Of a DNA stretch of 64,000 bases, positions 1 through 11,972 are shown one piece after another. The notes below the pieces were generated by a model that saw nothing but the letters and a program-made list of their open reading frames with translations, did no database searches and was not told the origin of the DNA. The position numbers were made by a program, and so were the translations under genes. Position 1 is the first letter of the stretch. Each line of letters begins with the position of its first letter. Source of the stretch: Haplodiscus bocki (lineage: Eukaryota); contig OZ296652.1 in assembly GCA_965655095.1 (NCBI GenBank), forward strand, positions 19,840,001 to 19,904,000. The letters are read 5' to 3'.

Positions 1-802
1 AGAAGACGGATTGGAATTGAATGAAAAATTATACGAAGTACATAGTCACGCGCAAGCCACAATGGGGAAAAAACAACGAAGACAGCGTGATTATTTCAAT
101 AGAAAAGTACACGGCGATCCATTTAAACCAGGTGAAATAGTCTGGCTATTTGAGCCCCATAGAGCAAAGTCGCGAAAATTTTATTTACCGTGGCAAGGCC
201 CTTACGAAGTGCTGAATAGAACCAGTGAAGTGACGTACAAAATTTGCAAGAGAGGTCGGCCCGAGAGATGGACAAAAGTCGATTTCAATCGGCTAAAACC
301 GTACATAGGCGAAAACGAAGTACGTCGGTCGAAAAGAAACGCAGCGAGACCGATGCCGTTGTACGAGGAAATTCCAAGCGTGAGCGATGAGTCAGATAAA
401 GAAATGGAAGACCGCCCCTTCCATGTTTTTAGTGGTACTTCGGCCGAAACACGAGCAAATTGTAATAGACCGCGCGTTACCTTTGAAAAGTTACCAGTCG
501 TAATAGAAGAAAGTCAAAGTGAGAATGACGACCGAGAAGTTAGTCACCCGTACGAAGAAATACCCCCTAGTTTACCTTCCCCTCCGATAGCGACATATCA
601 ACCAATCGACGAAAACGACAGTGACGATAAAATACCCGACGATAATAGACCCCGAGTACCCTCAGAAAAAGCTAGAGAGAGGCCAAAGACTTTAGCGATA
701 AGTGATGTTGAGGAGTCGAACTCCGATGTGCCATCCGGCAAATCACGACGTCCGCCTATTCGCTTTGGAATAGATGAGTACGTCACCAATCCATCTAGAT
801 AA
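1..802 (+). CDS. pol: C-terminal part of Ty3/Gypsy Pol: integrase C-terminal GPY/F (SH3-like) module plus acidic, low-complexity tail; 5'-truncated by window edge
   Basis: Translation contains RDYFNRK...FKPGEIVWL...KFYLPWQGPYEVL...VTYKI...VDFNRLKPY, the typical Gypsy integrase C-terminal pattern, ending RRPPIRFG. It is followed by an env-like gene, PPT and LTR. Confidence 0.9.
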   Translation, partial: EDGLELNEKLYEVHSHAQATMGKKQRRQRDYFNRKVHGDPFKPGEIVWLFEPHRAKSRKFYLPWQGPYEVLNRTSEVTYKICKRGRPERWTKVDFNRLKPYIGENEVRRSKRNAARPMPLYEEIPSVSDESDKEMEDRPFHVFSGTSAETRANCNRPRVTFEKLPVVIEESQSENDDREVSHPYEEIPPSLPSPPIATYQPIDENDSDDKIPDDNRPRVPSEKARERPKTLAISDVEESNSDVPSGKSRRPPIRFGIDEYVTNPSR

Positions 803-1104
803 AAGCCCGACTTTGGTCGACTGTCATGCAAGCGCAGTCGTTCTTCCTCAATAAGCTCGCCGAACGCGAATCTTTATCTCTCTTTGCGTTCCATTAGTCA
901 TAACGTCATCATCAACAAAATAAAACACGATTGCTTTCCAATCGGATTCTTAGTCATAAGTAACCTTACTCATAACCGATGTTAAAAGATTCCGTTTTCA
1001 CTTGTCATTCTCCAAGCAACTTTTATACAACTCAGTCGCAAGTGCTGTGCTCGTTGCAGTGAGAAAATTATTTAACAACTTAAAATTTCCGGAACCCAAG
1101 AAAA

Positions 1105-3341
1105 ATGCAGAGTTTACCCAAGTTCCTCTTTTCTTTGCAACCGTTGTTATTAGCAATTGCTTCAGAGGACGACGCTTTCGATAGGTGGGCTTTCCAACGA
1201 CAACAGGGCGCTCAAGAATTTGTAAACGGGTCTCACTCGATTTCCGGAGCCGCGTTCACCCCGGAATCCCCAGTCGTGTTAGTGAAAGCAATTAAAACTA
1301 TCTGGACGTATATTCCTCTTCCCCCGTTACCCCGGTTAGACCCAAAACCGTTGAACTCTACTCTAGAAGACGCGCTACGTCGACTAACCGATTTAGATCT
1401 AAGAATGTTCTAGAAAGAATGCGCAGATGTGCAATTGTTTACTTATTGGAAGCAGTTACTTGAAGATAATTTGGCAGAAGTTTTTCAGAGTCAGAAACTG
1501 TTTGAAGTGGATCTGCAAGGCATGAAAAGAGCGATGATGGTTTTTCTTAACCATACTATTGACGATATTCCGCTAGAGAATCCGAACAGATACCGCCGAA
1601 ACATTATCGGAGCTGTGGTAGGGTCAGTAATAGGAAGCGAGTTATCTAGAGTCTTCGTTCGACCCCTGACGCAGCCGTTAGTAGACAAATTTTCGTGCTT
1701 CGTGGATAAATTAGTGCCGTTCGGTTCGATATGTCAGAATGACCAACGCAAAACGATTGAAAAGTTATCCCAAGAAGTGGAATTTTTGGAGGATCAAGTA
1801 TTTTTGCTGAAAACACGCCTATTAGAAGCCATTATGGTCAAAATGCCGGCAGACGTTGAAAATCGGAAGTAAGCCAGGCTGGGAGATACGTTAGAAGAAA
1901 ACGTGCAAATGTTGAATAACACCATAAACACCGCTATATATGAAGTTACGGATTTTGTTGAGAAAGGAGAATGCACGGCTCGCTACATTCAAGACCGTCA
2001 CAGAAACACTCTAATCATCGCCGCCAATTTTTGAAATTTCACAACGCAGTATCGAAGAATTATTAACGACATAAACCAGAGACGAATTTCGTTAGCGAAT
2101 ATGGCTGCAACGATGCAGGATGCAATGTCGTCGCTTGTACACGGTTATTTACCGATTTCGCTCATACCACCGGCTACACTAAAGGAAATATTGAATAATT
2201 TTGAGTTCTTTGGTCTGAATGAGGCGATCCCGCGGAAGTTAATAGCGGCCTAATATACGTTTGAGGTGGTTACGGATGCGTATGTATCCGATGAGGGGTT
2301 GCATTTGTTATTAGAAATCCCCTTAAACTCGGGACATGGGGTGCAAGAAGTTTTTAGAGCCACCCCGATTCCCCAACCAATCCCCAACACCGAGCGAGCC
2401 ACCCAGTATCAACTCAGCAAGACGCACCTTCTAATGTCGTGGGACAAAACCAATTTTGCTGAGATAACAGAGCAAGAACTTTCCACACACTGCTGGGGCT
2501 CCCACCGCTTAAGACTCTGCAAAGAGCCATTTTCCACCACCCGATCGCAGAAAACCACTTGTCTCACGGGGCTCTTTTTCAATCTCCCGCTACTGTACTG
2601 AAATTATGAGCACAAGAAGTCATAGCCCTCCCACAACACCCACAAGCCCTCTATCTATACGACTCTACCTATTTGTTGACGTCCGCCAGGGGAGATTTTG
2701 TGATACAGAACGTCACACCTTCGGGAGACTTCAAAATGCCCGGGTGCCAAAGTTGTCTGGTTCGAACAACGTGCAACGGACGGCTGCAATTGCCGAACGC
2801 AGGGTTATTTTTGACACCCGACCCACTGTCGTGTTTGATGGAGAGTAGTAAAGTAGTCCGTATTCTCCCAACCCCTCTTTTACGATCGTTATTTGACAAA
2901 ATAAAAGAATTTGAAGAAGTTGTTGCTCCCGAGTTGATGGGAGATATTCATCAAGAGTTACTCATGCATTTGAAATTAAATTTAGCTGGATTGCCAGACC
3001 CTTCCGTGACCGACGAGATGCTTGAGTTGATTGCGCAGCCATTCCTGCAAGAGTTGAAAACAGTACATACAACACTCATCAGGAAGGTGTGGCCTGATGT
3101 CATGCTGCCGTGTCTGGCTACAATGTTGATGTTAGTCCTGGCTGCAGCTGTCACCTGGGCTGACAGAAAAGGGAAATTGTATGCAGTCCGTAGATTCATC
3201 GAAGGAACACGAAGAGACGAAGGCGCCGCGGTTCCCCTGGCAGACGTAGTACCATCCGCGACAAAAGGAGAAGACGACGTATCGCAGCCCCTAGCCAAGA
3301 CCACCCCTGGGGAAGCAGCTGCTAAAACAACAGCTAAGTAA
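1105..3341 (+). pseudogene. env: env-like class I fusion glycoprotein (baculovirus F / errantivirus Env-like), disrupted
   Basis: ORFs 1105-1413, 1429-1872 and 2266-2601 share one frame, separated by stops at 1411, 1870, 2032 and 2251. A frameshift near 2588 and a stop at 2607 join this to ORF 2673-3341. Features: signal peptide (MQSLPKFLFSLQPLLLAIA), furin site RYRR followed by hydrophobic NIIGAVVGSVIG, heptad-like region, GYLPISLIPPATLKEIL motif, Cys-rich ectodomain, C-terminal TM (VMLPCLATMLMLVLAAAVTW) and short tail. Confidence 0.85.
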
Positions 3342-3685
3342 AATAACGAACTTAAAACATTCTGCTCTTTCCTGGAGACCTATTGTCGAAAACAAAAAAA
3401 AATCCCCACCTGTATTTATTTGCCTTTTCGGAAAAAAACGAGTTATAATACCATTCTGCATTGACCAATTCCAAACGTGCACCATCAGGTTTCTCCCACT
3501 TGGACGAAGTCGGAAAATAATCTAAATGTTGCTGAAGGGTACACAGTATGTGTAGATAAAGATCAATTACTTTGAAAGTGAATTGGAGGTGAAATTATCT
3601 GTACATGGATAGCGATTAGCGAATTAGAACGATGAAAATATTTTTTTTTCTTCTTCTCAGCAACTACTCAAGAGAGTAGTAGTCC

Positions 3686-3701
3686 AAGTGGGGGGGGGGA
3701 A
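3686..3701 (+). other. Polypurine tract (PPT) of the Gypsy element
   Basis: Purine-rich AAGTG(11)AA run about 350 bp after the env stop, just before TGGAAAAA. Confidence 0.8.
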
Positions 3702-3702
3702 T

Positions 3703-6488
3703 TGGAAAAAATACTATATGATTTTTATTTGTATTGAATCCTGAGCAGTATTATGGATGAAGGAAGTACTGTTAAAGTGATAAATATTAACTCGAAGAGG
3801 TTGAAGAGCTAAAATTAAGGCCGATGAATATTTATTATTTATGAATAATAGGCGGAAAGTGAATATTGAACTGAATAAACACTGCGTTGGAATGTGAACA
3901 AGCAGCGGAGCAAGTATTAGTTATTTTGGAACGACCTTGTCACGTGTATTAACATTGCAAAGCAACAGCAGCACAAAATATAAAAGTTGGTCTAATTCGA
4001 ACCCCAAATTGGACGTCCATTTTCTCAAAGACTATTATCGATAGAGCAAAACGGTTTTCACCAATGAAAACTACATTCCAAGACGAACAAGTTGGGTGAT
4101 TTTTACCGCATTCTGAAAATTAAAAGTTGTCGAAAAATAAAAACGAAAATTATTACGGTCCGGAAAATGGTAAAATTGTGATTTCACAGTTCAGTTGCAA
4201 CTTTAGAGTCGCATAAAAGTGAAACCCAAATTGTTATAAAGACAAAAGGAATAAAATAGGAGTGATTTTGGAATGAATTTTGACCATGCGCACGGCCGCC
4301 ACCACCCCACGTATTAGCATATTTACGCTCTCGCTGCTCAAAATTAGAGCTGTTTTTTCAATGTTCCCCAATGTTTGCTTGCTTATTTCTCAAAGATGAA
4401 AAAAGATATCGACAAACGGTTTGCACCATTGTAAACTACATCTTTAGGAAAGCTTAAGTTTGGAATATGAGCAAAATCGGACAAATTTAAGATATTCAAA
4501 AATTGCAGGAAACGAAAGTGCACTCTAGAAATTGCCAAATTGGGTTCAGTTGAAAATTTATTCTGAACGAATCACGCATCACAAAAGGCTCGTTTTAGTC
4601 CTAAACGGAAGATACTTGAATGGACTAATGTCCCTGAAAAGATGAACCGATTATATTCAGTCATTTTGAAGAACTGAGTGAGAAATCGCCAAAAAACGCC
4701 CAAAATAGCCTAAAATCGTCAAAAATCGCAGTTTTCCGCTTATTATTTAACGAATGTCCAATAGAAATCGACCATATTGACAGAGATTGAAAGCTCATTA
4801 TTAGGAGGAATGGAAAAGAACAATAGAACAGGCGCAGCAAGCTACAAATGGCCGCCCCACAAAATCACAACTAGCTAAAATCACCGATTTCGGAAAACGT
4901 CGACTTGCAAAATGGCTACCCCCCCGCACCTTTTTGAAGATAGAAAGCTAAAAATTTAACATAATGCTCCTAACAACCTCCCCTAACAAAAGTTCCAAGA
5001 ATTTTTCGAAATTTTGCATTTATGTTGAGAAAATCGACTTTGAAGGTGGACCCAGGTAGTCAAAAATAGCCAAAATCGGTACTTTTGCGGAAAATTGAAT
5101 AACTTTTTTTGAGACCAGCTAGAGAGCTCATCTTTTCGTTAAAATACTTTTACTTGAATGTGCTAACAGGAAAATACCACCCTCGCCCTGGGAATAATTT
5201 ATACGTTGAGAAAAATGACCTCAACTTGACCAAAAATCGACTTTTCGGATATGGAATTATGACCACTTTCAGAAAATCGCATTTTTTGACCATGAATATG
5301 GAAGATAACGATAATAAAGTATACAATGCCAGAAATTACGTTGAATACGGCGTGTATTGATGTGCTCATTATTATTCTACGACGTCTATGATGGACACAA
5401 TTAATTTTTGAATTTTAGACAAAAATTACACCTTTTTTCGGACATTTATTTTTGCATAGATATTATGATGGGAATTGTTAGGGAAGATATTTTAATCACT
5501 TATTTTGGAAGTACTTGACCAGGCAAGACGAATAGAGAAGCTGACACATCAGCCGAAAGAAGTTGTCAATCAGAAATGTGACATTTACGAAGGGAGACGA
5601 AATGTTGAATAAACAGTCACTTGACTTTATTACAGATTTTTAGTCGCGACGACCACCAACTACCTAATCATCATCTTAAACTGGACAATTTACGGATACC
5701 GAAAACGGCCGAAAGCCATTGACTAATACCGAAAGCCAGCGAAAGTCGCTAAAACAGAAATTTCCATTAGTAATAACTGACGAAAAAGAGCGAAAATAGT
5801 AATTTTAAGAAACGACGAAACGGGGACACTCCTGGCGGCAAAAATCGGAGTCAATAGCGCCGAAATCGAAAGACAGGCAAAGAGAGAAGTGCAAAACAAG
5901 AGTGAGTTGAACTGTGGGACAGTTGCTACTTTAGTGGTGCCGGAAAATTCGTTCTTTAACTTAGTCCGGGACTAACGTTAGAGAAATCTCGACAACCCGG
6001 GATTGTCAAACGTTTTTTAGAGATTCGAAATTGCTTGTTCGTGGTCTGGGACCATAAATACAATCTCTGTGTTCGATCAGAGCTGTCAAGTCCGTGTGCG
6101 ATCGGATTTGGAGTAAAGAGAGCGAGAGAGTTGAGATTTATTCTGTGTTTCTGCGACAGTGTTGCTGTGCGATCCAATACTGATCTCGAGTTAAAAATCT
6201 AGAACCGTAGAGAGAGCGGCGAGCGAGAGTACCGTGACTCGCGGTAGCGTCTCGAAACGATTTCTAATTACGCCAATTGAGCGTTCATCAGCTTCAATCT
6301 CTTCGAGATTTCCTTTATTTAATTGTTCTATATTCTGTGTGTGCTATTACTTGTTCTCCAACTACCCTCTTCCTACTATTTGATGCAACTTAATAAATGC
6401 AACATATTATCTCCAATATTCAAACCTATTTAAACTCATTTATTCATTTCATAACGTATTTACCCGTTGAATAATACACTTTCCTCCA
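3703..6488 (+). mobile_element. 3' LTR of the env-bearing Gypsy element, interrupted by a nested repeat
   Basis: Starts TGGA right after the PPT; plausible end ...TTTCCTCCA at 6488 (TGGA/TCCA termini). Contains AATAAA signals and CGAAA-rich short repeats at 5698-5830. The right end is unverified because the 5' LTR is outside the window. Confidence 0.6.
3932..5499. mobile_element. Non-autonomous repeat (probably Helentron/HINE-like) nested in the LTR; boundaries approximate
   Basis: Internal direct repeats TTTCTCAAAGA...AAACGGTTT.CACCA.TG.AAACTACAT at ~4021 and ~4386. Composition resembles the 38.8-39.7 kb element. An 11-bp direct repeat TTATTTTGGAA lies at 3921-3931 and 5500-5510. Confidence 0.5.
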
Positions 6489-7500
6489 AAGATTCAAATA
6501 AAACATTCTTTGTTGCGAATCATTGTTTCCCTTCACACCTCATCAAGCAAGAGCCTAGAAAAACAGCAACGAGACACCCTGTTGAGCGATCGTTTAGAAA
6601 TCAAAGGGTTAGGCATATATTTTGCAAAAGAATCCCCACCGCCCTCAAGTCGCAAATTCACCCGCGTACCTTGAGTTTATAAATTTTTGTGGATCTCAGC
6701 CGTGCTCCCCGTCTCGTGAGCAACGGTACTACGGTTTAATTGAGTTGAAGCCTAGAACCCCCGTTCGAAAGTTTTTCAAAATTCTACAATAGAGGCTGTT
6801 GTGATATTATAAATTTTTTCAATCTCTTTTAGAATGTTGGCGAAAAATGTTGGTCAAATCTAAAAACGAAATTGATTTTCGGCTTTTGGAGGATTTCACC
6901 GTCCAACAATGATTTTCTTGTAATGAAATTTATTAAACTGATCTAAAAGCAAAAAATGATAGATTTATAGATCCAAAATTATTTGGAAAGTTTTTTGAGT
7001 TTGTTTTTCCCGAGATTTTGATGTAAAAACTCCGTTGACGTAAAATTTTTCTATGAAACTTTTTGTAAACTGTTTCGCCGACTACATTTTCTGCTAATTT
7101 GTTTTTGTTATTGTCATTTCCTGAAAATGAAAGCGCAAAAGGAGATTCCTCAACACTGATCAATCTCTTCTGACCAGTCAGCTCTGGTAAGTCTGCCATT
7201 TTCTGTTTGTGGCCATTTATCTCAGTGTCTCCTCAAATGCTGCAGCGAGAGAAACACCTTTACAATGTTAAGAAATTTTTTCTTTATTTAACACATCTAA
7301 TGTGATATGTAGATTGCAAAACTTTTGATATTTGACTTTTTCAAAGTTGGTTAATGTGGCAAAAGAATTAGACAGTCAATCCAAATGAATCACGAGTACT
7401 TCAAAGAATTCACGCAGCAATCAAAATATAGACTCGTGAATGAAATTAAATCTAAAAGCTAAAGGAGAAAAGGAACGAGTCATAGTTTGTCAGTAACATA

Positions 7501-8272
7501 CAGTGGTGATTTTAATTAAAGCGACAACTTTAATGCATAAATCAACTTTAAGCACGAATAACTTCGGGAATAATAATTTTGGACAAAAGTACCTGAAACA
7601 AAATTTTTTGGGAAGTTTTCGGAGATTAATATGGTGTTTGTTAGAAAAATTTCGAACGAAGAGCAAAAACTGGAAAAAGCGTTTTTGACCAAATTCTCCA
7701 TTCTTTTGAGAATTTCTAACTTTAAAAAATTAAAAAATGAAATTTTACTTCATCAATAGATGCTTCTGATGTTTCTGTGACAACTGATATCATCTGTCGT
7801 TGGAGAAGTTTTCAAAAACTTTTCCAAAATTCATCTTGAATCTACTAAATTTGAAAATCAATGTATTAAAATAGGATGTTAAAATTATACTTTTACTTTT
7901 TGTAATTTCTTCTGAAAATTCGAAGTTGTGAAAAAAGTGTTAAAGATAAAAGCTCTGGGGAATAACCAAAACTAACAAATTATATAATTTGTTTCTTGCT
8001 ATTTTGCGTCACTGTCAAGATTTTTTACGAAAACTGCCAAAATTAGTCAATAATCGCAATGCTTGCATGATTTATTTACTCAACTTTGGGACGCGATTTT
8101 CTACTTTTTTGAAGTACTTGTTTTGGCAAATAAAATAGCCATATCGTAGTCCTTGCAATGAGCTTTCTCAGAGTACCTTTGTTTACCCTGATCTCCAATT
8201 ATTTACTGCTGAACTTAGGATTTTGTAAAGCGTATCAAAATTGCTTAGTCTCATTAAATAGAATCACTACTG
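7501..8272. mobile_element. Tc1/mariner-type MITE
   Basis: TA|CAGTGGTGATTTTAATTAAAGCGAC ... GTCTCATTAAATAGAATCACTACTG|TA: imperfect ~25-bp TIRs with TA duplication. A second copy lies at ~18811-19557. Confidence 0.8.
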
Positions 8273-8449
8273 TATTACGCCGTGCATTGAACGGCACGTT
8301 CAGCAATTGAGAGGCGATGGATTCTTAAAGGCACGCCAGTCTTAGAGTCAAGCTGAAAAAAATAAGTTATTGGGCCCGTGGGAGATTAATTTCAAAACTG
8401 AGAAAAGGTTGTAATTTTGGAACGAAGCTCTTAGGAAGTGTTCATAGCA

Positions 8450-10450
8450 AATGAAACTTGATGATTCTTTCATCCTTTCACTGCGTTACTTGTAGTTGTC
8501 AAGGTTTTACTATTGGTCTCTTAGCAACACAGTTTTCCGTCCTTACCTCGAGTATTCTCGCACGACCGTCGTTTTCCTTGAAAACTTTCTGGATACCAAA
8601 AGTCGGCATCATGTGGCAAAAACATCATGATAACAACTTCGGAGCAAACAACGAGAATCCATAACGAGAAGACACTTTTTGATTCTATATTTAGAGTCAG
8701 ACATTGTAAAACAAGTCTTGAAGTATTTTTTCCATAATGGTGGTGAAATAAACAGTCCCGTCATGGAAGACTGTTTTAACTGCGAACAAAATTGACATAA
8801 GAAACTTTTGCAAAAGTCAATATGAGAAAACTTTCAAGACTGATTTCATTTTCTTATCGCTTTTGACAGAAACTTCTTGGATGGTGCAGTTAAAACACGG
8901 CATATTGCATATTGTCATAAAAGATTCTGCAAATCGTTGAATTTTGAAAAACATATTTTCCCAGAAAAGTTCACTATGTCAAGCCGCTGATAAAAATGCC
9001 TGCAGTCACCAGTACACCAGTAAACCGTATTAAGAGGCTTTGGACAGCAGGCAAAAATCACGCTTCCAGCCAACTTTTCACCTAACCTTTTTTCTCCAGC
9101 GACCATCAAAACATTACTTAAACAAGTTTGCACTATTTTCGCTAATTCGATTTTGGCACCGTTATTACTGCCAGCAATACGAAACTGTAGTCCTTCAGGT
9201 CCGTTGTCAGTTCCATGTGGCCTAGCCAGATCAAATTTTCCAACTCATTTGATACTGCCTTCAGCTAGCTTATCACTATGGGCGTCGTTTTTTGTTACTC
9301 TTTTTGTGAAGTATTTCACTTCAACATTTACCTCAATACCTTTTTTCGGTAAAATTTGTTTCAAAAGGTTTGTGAAATTTCATGCTTTTTCCGGTTTCGA
9401 ATTTTTGAGTTTTGCTTTTCAGTTAGCTATCAAAAATTCCATTTTTCAGTGATTTTTTGTCAACCTCAACTGTTTCATCATCCAATTGAATTCGAATATC
9501 GTTTGAATGTCATTTTTGCTGAAGTGAAAGGTATCTTTTCTTGCATTCCTTTATTCATAACATCTTTTAATCCAAGAAATTCTGCCGGAAAACAGTGTAA
9601 ATCCCAATATTTATTCACCAACGATTGTAATTGTCTCATGTTGATTGTTTTCGGAACTTCCTTAAGATTATTGTTAGTGATGACCACGAGTCGATGATTA
9701 AATTCAATTCATGGATCTTTTCTGAGCTCTTAATGTGAAAAAAATCCTTTCTGAATATTTACAGTCTAAATGGTGGAAACTATTCGATTTTTGGTCATTT
9801 CCATTCCGCTTTCTTTCATTGGAGTTCAGACTGACCTTTCTCGTCGCATTTTTTTTGGCAGGGCAATTTTATTCTGGCGTCCAATAAACTCCAATCACAG
9901 TTTCTACAATTTCGAATCTTTCTTTGTTGCTTTCCTTTTGTTTACCTTGTTTTTTGCATCTATTTGCTGTTTAATTCTACCTTTCATATGTCAATTCCTT
10001 GATAAGTGTCATTTCGTAAGATTCTAAGATAACCTCTAATTTTATCTGCTTTCCCAAGCTCATCTAATGAGTCTGTATTTTCCAAAACTGACCTCAAGTG
10101 TGATTTTGTAGCTTTTGCGGCTAAAACTATCCAACTGGTATCATCTTTACATTCGGTAAACAAATGGCAATTTGTATTCAAAGAACAATTTGGTTGAATT
10201 TGTGTACAGTGGAATGGTGAACGTGTAAATCGCTATTGTTCAATAATCTTTTTGTGGTCTTTTGTTACAACAACTGAAGAAACGCAACAGGTGGTGATAG
10301 ATGCAATTGATCCTGAATTAGGAAAGTCAATACGATTTTGTCGCGTCGCTTTTTCGGTAATTCTGGTTTCCGAAGACCAAAAGAAAACTGATATTTGTAC
10401 TGGGAAACCTTCTGCAAGTAAAAATCTGTCAACTGAGACATCGATACGTG
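8450..10450 (-). pseudogene. Heavily decayed non-LTR retrotransposon (APE endonuclease + RT remnants)
   Basis: Minus-strand remnants occur in LINE order across frameshifts: NRIDF and DHKKI (EN, ~10340-10250), KDY...LAKIVQTCL (~9195-9120), LSAA-DIVN (~8990), FTTIMEKIL (~8740), LFA..VVI (~8650). Confidence 0.45.
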
Positions 10451-11614
10451 AAATGATATAAAGATAAGTGCCCTCGATAATCGAGAAATATCTTCAAGTA
10501 ATTGTATTTTTCGACATTGTGACTCTATTGGGTTGCTACGATGGAAAGAAGTCCGAAACAACTTCTATCGATACAAAGGTGACAAGGTAAAAATCTACTT
10601 ATTGAGAACCTAATGGTAGAAAGTTTACCTGTACTTCTGGACATAAACGAGTTTAATATAGCGCAAACCTTCAAGTTTTGCATTAGTTTTCTATATCGAA
10701 GTATCTAATTTCCTTTGTATAAAAAACAACGATAACTTCCTTGGAAAACATTTTGCAAATAGACAATTGTCGAAAGACGACACCTTGACAGAAGAAACCC
10801 AACCCGTAGTTTTGGGGGAAAGTTGTTCAAGAATTAAGAAACAGTTTCTTTATTTATGAGGAAAATTAGAAAGAAACTAATTACAACTTAGCCACTTTTA
10901 GTCAATCAAATTGTCCATACAAGGATCCAAACTGATTTCTATAGAAAACACTTGCAGGTAGGAATTGAGGCCTTGATTTAAGAAATTCATTGTGTACTTT
11001 GGAAAAAAACGAGAATCAATATCCCATATCGATAAATTCATAACCGATTCACTATTTCTCATTTTTGGATTTACAGGTTTTCCATGCAAGGAAAGACACC
11101 GGAAAACAAAGACACACAATATTTTCCCAAAGTAGATATCTGCCGATTGAGTACTTGAGAAACGACATCCAACTGGTTGTTTTGTAAGCAACTGAGTTTG
11201 CATATTTAGATAAATCGTTCAATTCGCTTAGTTTGGCACATTGGACCTATCGGATCATCCATACAACGACATTAACTCACGATGATAAAATTATTTTTTT
11301 CTCTGCGAGCAGAAGTTTCTCAGTTCAGCCCTTGAGTGAGAAATCCAAAGTGTAGTTTTGGAAGAAGAAAGGTAGATTATCGAAAACAATTATTGTTATG
11401 AAGAAATTTGGGCGCTTTTGGTTAAGGAGATTTGGAGTGCAAAAATCAACACCATTAATAATCTTTCTGGAAATAGAATTACAAGTCAGCAAAACTCGTC
11501 TTTTTATGTTAAAAAAATTGCCAAAAATCCCATGAAATAAAAAAACAGCCTTAGAAAAAAAATTAGACCGAAACATTGGAATAGAACACTTTCGGCAAAT
11601 CTTTCAGGAAAAAA

Positions 11615-11972
11615 AACAAGATGCTTGACTAACTCCGCGAGATATCCCGGCTTCCACATTACGGAAGAAACGTTAAAATGCGGTATCTGAACTAAAAATA
11701 TCATGAAACAGGTGCAAAAAAAACGTCGAAATCATTTTGTTTTTCTTTTCATTTTCCCTAAAAGTTTATTTTTGGCAAGAAAATTATTTTCTCAAAAACC
11801 ACTATGCCAGAAGCATTCCAAGAGAAACTTGGGGAAAATGGGGGAAAATAGGATTTTCATTGCAAACACTTTTTGTTTCATCAAGAACTTGGGAAACTTG
11901 ATGTAATAAAACCTGTATGTAGAACGAATGATTTTCCTTGCACATATGAAGAAATGGGCGGAAAAGAAAAAG
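11615..11972 (-). mobile_element. Degenerate HINE-like family member
   Basis: On the minus strand: 5' end TTTTCCGCCCATTTCTTCATATGTGCAAGGAAAATCATTC and 3' end ...CATCTTGT, resembling the termini of 50404-50926. Confidence 0.45.
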
